Shown here: positions 59,601-64,000 of the stretch, in pieces | Position numbering within the stretch: position 1 is the first letter of the stretch | Layout of the letters: every line of letters starts with the position of its first letter | DNA from: Azolla caroliniana | Lineage: Eukaryota; Plantae; Polypodiophyta | Length of the DNA: 64,000 bases | Assembly (NCBI GenBank): GCA_043228905.1 | Contig: JBHGNT010000005.1 | Coordinates: forward strand, 15,438,001-15,502,000 | Reading direction: 5' to 3' | Program-made: the position numbers and the translations under genes | The notes under the pieces: model-generated | What the model was told of the DNA's origin: nothing | What the model saw: the letters and a program-made list of their open reading frames with translations, nothing else | Database searches by the model: none

Positions 59601-61328
59601 AGACCGGAACAGGCCAAGACCCCGAATCGGATTCGGATGAAGACCAAATGGAGGAGCCGGTTACCGAAGCCCGAAGACGTAGATATCCTCTCAGAGAGAG
59701 AAGGGCCCACCCGGAGATTTCCGGATGCAAAGCATGTTCTCCTGACCGATGAGGGGGAGCCGGAAAGCTTCAAAGAAGTGAAGGAAGACACCCACAGCCG
59801 AAAATGGTTAAGTGCCATGCAGGACGAGATGGATTCCCTGCATGAGAACCATACGTACGAATTGGTGGAGTTGTCGAAAGGAGAGCGGGCACTCCGAAAC
59901 AAGTGGGTGTACAAGTTGAAACCGGGAGATGCCGGCAACCCCCTAAGATACAAAGCCAGGATCGTGGTGAAGGGGTTCCAACAGAAGAAGGGCGTGGACT
60001 TCGACGAGATATTTTCCCCGGTAGTAAGGATGACCTCCATCCGGACGGTGCTAAGTATAACGGCAAGCATGGACCTTGAGGTAGAGCAGCTGGACGTGAA
60101 GACGGCATTCCTTCATGGCGACCTCGAAGAGGAGATCTACATGCAGCAACCGGAAGGTTTCGTGGAGAAAGGGAAGGAGCACCTGGTATGCCGGTTGAAG
60201 AAGAGCCTGTACGGACTGAAGCAGGCTCCCCGACAATGGTACCGGAAGTTCGACTCCTTCATGACCGATCAAGGGTACCACAAGACGCAGGCCGATCACT
60301 GCGTGTTTGTGAAGAAGTTTGAAGGAGGAGACTTCCTGATACTCCTTCTGTACGTGGATGACATGTTGATCGTCGGACATGACCAAGTCAAAATACGGAT
60401 GCTGAAGAAGGCTCTCAACCGGACCTTCTCAATGAAAGACTTGGGTCCGGCAAGACAGATGTTGGGGATGCACATCATTCGGGACCAGTCAAAGAAGCAA
60501 TTATGGCTGTCACAAGAGAAGTACATGACAAAGGTGCTTCACCGGTTCAACATGTCAGAAGCGAAACCGGTCGGATCAACACTTCCGGCAAACTGCAGGC
60601 TATCCAGTAAGCAAAGCCCTAAGACGAAAGCAAAGAAGGTGGATATGATGAAGATTCCATATGCCTCTACCGTTGGGAGCTTGATGTACGCAATGGTTTG
60701 TACCCGACCAGACATAGGATACGCAGTCGGAGTGGTGAGCCTGTTTATGAGCAATCCCGGCAAGGAGCACTAGAACGCGGTCAAATGGATACTCCGGTAT
60801 TTGAAGGGCACTTCAAATATGTGTCTCCGATTCGGCTCCGGAAAACCTCAACTGGACGGTTTCACCGATTCCGACATGTCGGCTGATGTGGATACCAGCC
60901 GGTCTACATCCGGGTATGTAACGACTTATGCAGGGGGAGCTGTTTCGTGGCAGTCGAGGCTGCAGAAGACGGTTGCTCTGTCAACCACGGAGGCGGAGTA
61001 CATGGCAGCTGTGGAAGCCGGCAAGGAAATTTTATGGATGAAGGACTTCATCGGAGAGCTCGGTATACGACAAGAGGAATACCGACTCTATTGCGACAGT
61101 CAAAGTGCCATCCACCTTGCTAAGAATGCAGCCTACCATTCCCGGACGAAGCATATCCAGCGGAGGTATCACTGGATCCGGGAAAGAGTAGATGACCAGG
61201 AGTTCGCACTGACGAAGATCCACACGGCCGAGAACGTGTCAGATATGCTGACCAAAATGCTGACACCCGACAAGCTGGACGCATGGCGGAAGAGGATCGG
61301 ACTGGTAAGACACCCCATGCCGGAGTGA
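56634..61328 (+). pseudogene. Gag-pol of K, split by solo LTR L and a few stops/frameshifts
   Basis: MDESFGGMFKLTGSNY gag, CFYCGKLGHFQKNC, PR, INT, RT YVDD and RNase H. Confidence 0.92.
57752..58393 (+). mobile_element. Element L: solo LTR (H-like, 642 bp)
   Basis: TG..CA ends, TSD CGTCT at 57747-57751 and 58394-58398. No PBS or PPT adjacent. Confidence 0.95.
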
Positions 61329-64000
61329 AGGGGGAGTTTGTTGAGAGACAGGTCCCTCCGGATGGGAAGGGAGAAGAACAGTGCCAATGAACATGCTACA
61401 ACCTCCTGGCTTCGAATCACGCATTCATCCAAAAGCCATGTGCCGACTCAAGAAACCACTCTGCAGCCTCAACCAAGCACTGCGTGCTTGGCATTCGAAG
61501 ATTACGCAATATCTTCACCAAATCGGATTTCGAATGTCCAAATCCGACAACTCCCTCCACATACGCCACGACTCTAGAAGCCTAATTGTCATCATCCTCT
61601 ACGTGGATGATCTGGTTATTGGAGGTGAGCATTTAGTCGACATCAACAATGTGAAGTCCCTCCTCTCCAACAAATTCGAGATGACGGACATGAAGGAGCT
61701 CCATTACATCCTTGGCATCGAAGTAATTCGGATTCCGGCCGGCATTATGATCACTCAACGGCACTACATTCTCAACTTGTTATACAAGTTCCGGATGACT
61801 GAGTTGTTGGGAGACAGGTCCCTCCGGATGGGAAGGGAGAAGAACAGTGCCGATGAACAAACTCGGCCGAGGCAGACCGGATGAGGAGTACCCGGCTACG
61901 GAGAGCCGGATGATGCAGACCCGGTGAAGACCGGATGAGTACCCGGCTACGGAGAGCCGGATGGTGCAAACCCGGTGTGAACCGGATGAGGAGTACCCGG
62001 CTACGGAGAGCCGGATGACGCAGACCCGGTGAGAACCGGAGGAAGAGACATATTCGTAAATATGTTTCTGAGAGCCCATTGTGGCTATATTTGTAAATAG
62101 CTGAAAAGTCATATTAGTATAAATATGACTTAGGGCAAATATGTGTATAGAGTTGTTGTCATTTTCTTGTTGGTGCAAGAAGAAGAGAGAGTACGTAACG
62201 TTGTACACAGAGAGAGAGAGAGAAAGAGGTCGTTGCCTCTGTTGTAACCGCCGCCTGTGGCGAAGATCGTGAGTCCGAGGTCGTTGCCTTCGTGAACTCA
62301 CTGTTTTGTACATTCTTACATAGTGACAGTTTGCAGCCTGTGGGCTACCGTGGTTTTTCCTCTAGTTTGGGGTTTTCCACGTAAACCTCCTGTGTAATTT
62401 TTCCTCTTCTTTGTGTCGCGTCTTATTTCCCGTTTTCTGTGTATCATTCTAAGCTTGGTTGTGGCCGAGCGTTGCGCATAAGGAACGACCAGTTCTCGAC
62501 ATGAGTGCAAATCGGTCGCTACGCCTCTCAATCGAAACCTCAAACTAGATGTTGACTCCGGCACAGATGAGTGCAAGTCGACCCAATATCGTCAACTGAT
62601 CGGAAGCCTCATCTATCTCATGATCACTCGACCCGACCTCAACTATCCAGTCGGACTCCTTAGCTAATTTATGCAAACTCCGCGAGATATCCATTTCGAT
62701 TGTGCTAAGCGAGTACAATATGTGAGCGGAACAATGGATTACGGCATTCTCTACAAATCGGCCATACGAATACGACTTCAAGGGTATACGGATGCGGATT
62801 GGCTTGGCTACAAAGCCGATCGACGATCGACCTCCGGATTTGTCTTCTCCCTTGGTAGCGGAGTGATTTCGTGGAGTATCAAGAAGCAGCCTATCGTCGC
62901 TCTTTCGAGTACGAAGGCGGAATACAGGGTGCAGTCGTAGCTGCATGTGAAGCCGTATGGCTCAAGAGGATTTTGAAGGATGTGGGCGTTCCCATCAACG
63001 ATCCGACTCCCCATTACTATGACAACATGAGTAGTATATATTTGGCTTAGAACCCGGTGTTCCACCCACACACAAAGCATATCGAAGTGAACCATCACTT
63101 CATTCAAGAGCGCATACAGGCCGGAGATGTCAACCTTCAACACATCAACACGAATCTTTAGACGACCAACATCTTCACCAAATCCTTAGGAGCCGATAAG
63201 CTTTGCCAATTCATGTCAGACCTTGGCTTGACGATCCCTGACTTGCCAAGCTTGAGGGGGAGTACAAGCGACAACCAGATACCGTCCAAACCGGATACGA
63301 GCCGAAGTGGACACCAAAGATCGTCTGAACCAGATACCAACCAAACCAGACATCAATCGAAGGAACCAACCCGAGTTGAGCTTGAGGGGGCGTGTTGAGA
63401 ATCAAGCTCAACATAGCACAACGTGTGAACACACCTTTTGAGAATCTATAATTACTCAAAGGTCAAGAGTCACACCACTACTCTCTACACATTAACTATG
63501 TGTCATAGAATCATATTCTATGACACATAACTAATGAGTTACATATTCCCCATGACTATGAGTCTTCACATTCCCCAAGAGAGAGAGTGGTTGTTGTAAG
63601 TTAATGAAGAGAGAGGGTGACTCTATATAAAGCACCCTCCTCATACTTCATACTAAGTCGGTTGTGACTCCTTGTAATGCTACATTTTCATTTATCATAT
63701 TCTTCTTGTTAATTATACATCTCCTTCTTCTTGAGTACTTCATTTTGTCTGTTATCCATCTTGTGTTTCTCTCCTCTCCTCCTTCCTCTCACAAATACAC
63801 ATAACACATATCTCTTCCGCTACACAATAATCACCATTGATTCTTTACAGTAGGGTTTAAGTTGTTCTAGAAGAAATTTTACAATTCTCTTTACTTAGTA
63901 CTTTAATGTTGTCGAGAAAATCCTCGCGGTTGCGTAGAAGTCGGGCAGGACCACGGTGGTCTTGAACCAAGGAATCAAGAAGTGAGGAGGAAGAGTCTAT

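Larger units (their letters stand above)
55854..62501 (+). mobile_element. Element K: Ty1/copia (Tork-like) with an internal duplication at its 3' end
   Basis: 5' LTR 55854-56603, PBS 56606-56617. PPT then a 55-bp LTR stub at 61339-61393. Full LTR 61805-62501. TSD TGAGT at 55849-55853 and 62502-62506. Confidence 0.92.
50010..63849 (+). mobile_element. Element J: decayed Ty1/copia (D-related), rearranged, hosting M, K and L
   Basis: LTRs at 50010-50465 and 63393-63849. TSD GTAGG at 50005-50009 and 63850-63854. PPT 63380-63392. Internal pieces at 53256-55853 and 62507-63260. Confidence 0.82.

Overview
This window is eukaryotic repeat DNA, almost certainly from a land plant. A non-seed plant such as a fern, lycophyte or bryophyte is inferred from the element types. 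I found no intact host gene. It is a nest of LTR retrotransposons, most with boundaries fixed by TG..CA ends, PBS/PPT and 5-bp TSDs. Two Ty1/copia elements have intact gag-pol (C 12499-17857 +, H 35886-41335 -). Several copias are decayed (A, D, F, G, J, K, M), and there is one solo LTR (L). Gypsy E has a tRNA-Trp PBS, a candidate -1 frameshift and a tRNA-like module in its LTR. Gypsy B is very young and non-autonomous (gag-PR-deleted RT, identical LTRs). Removing the insertions from 1 to ~47.3 kb leaves a coherent backbone: a decayed Sola2-like DDD transposase (+), a convergent NIF/FCP1-like (pseudo)phosphatase gene remnant (-), and arrays of the 14-bp palindrome TAGCTAATTAGCTA. I infer this is one large cargo-carrying DNA transposon, the most novel candidate here. 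Coordinates and motif assignments were read by eye; no searches were run.
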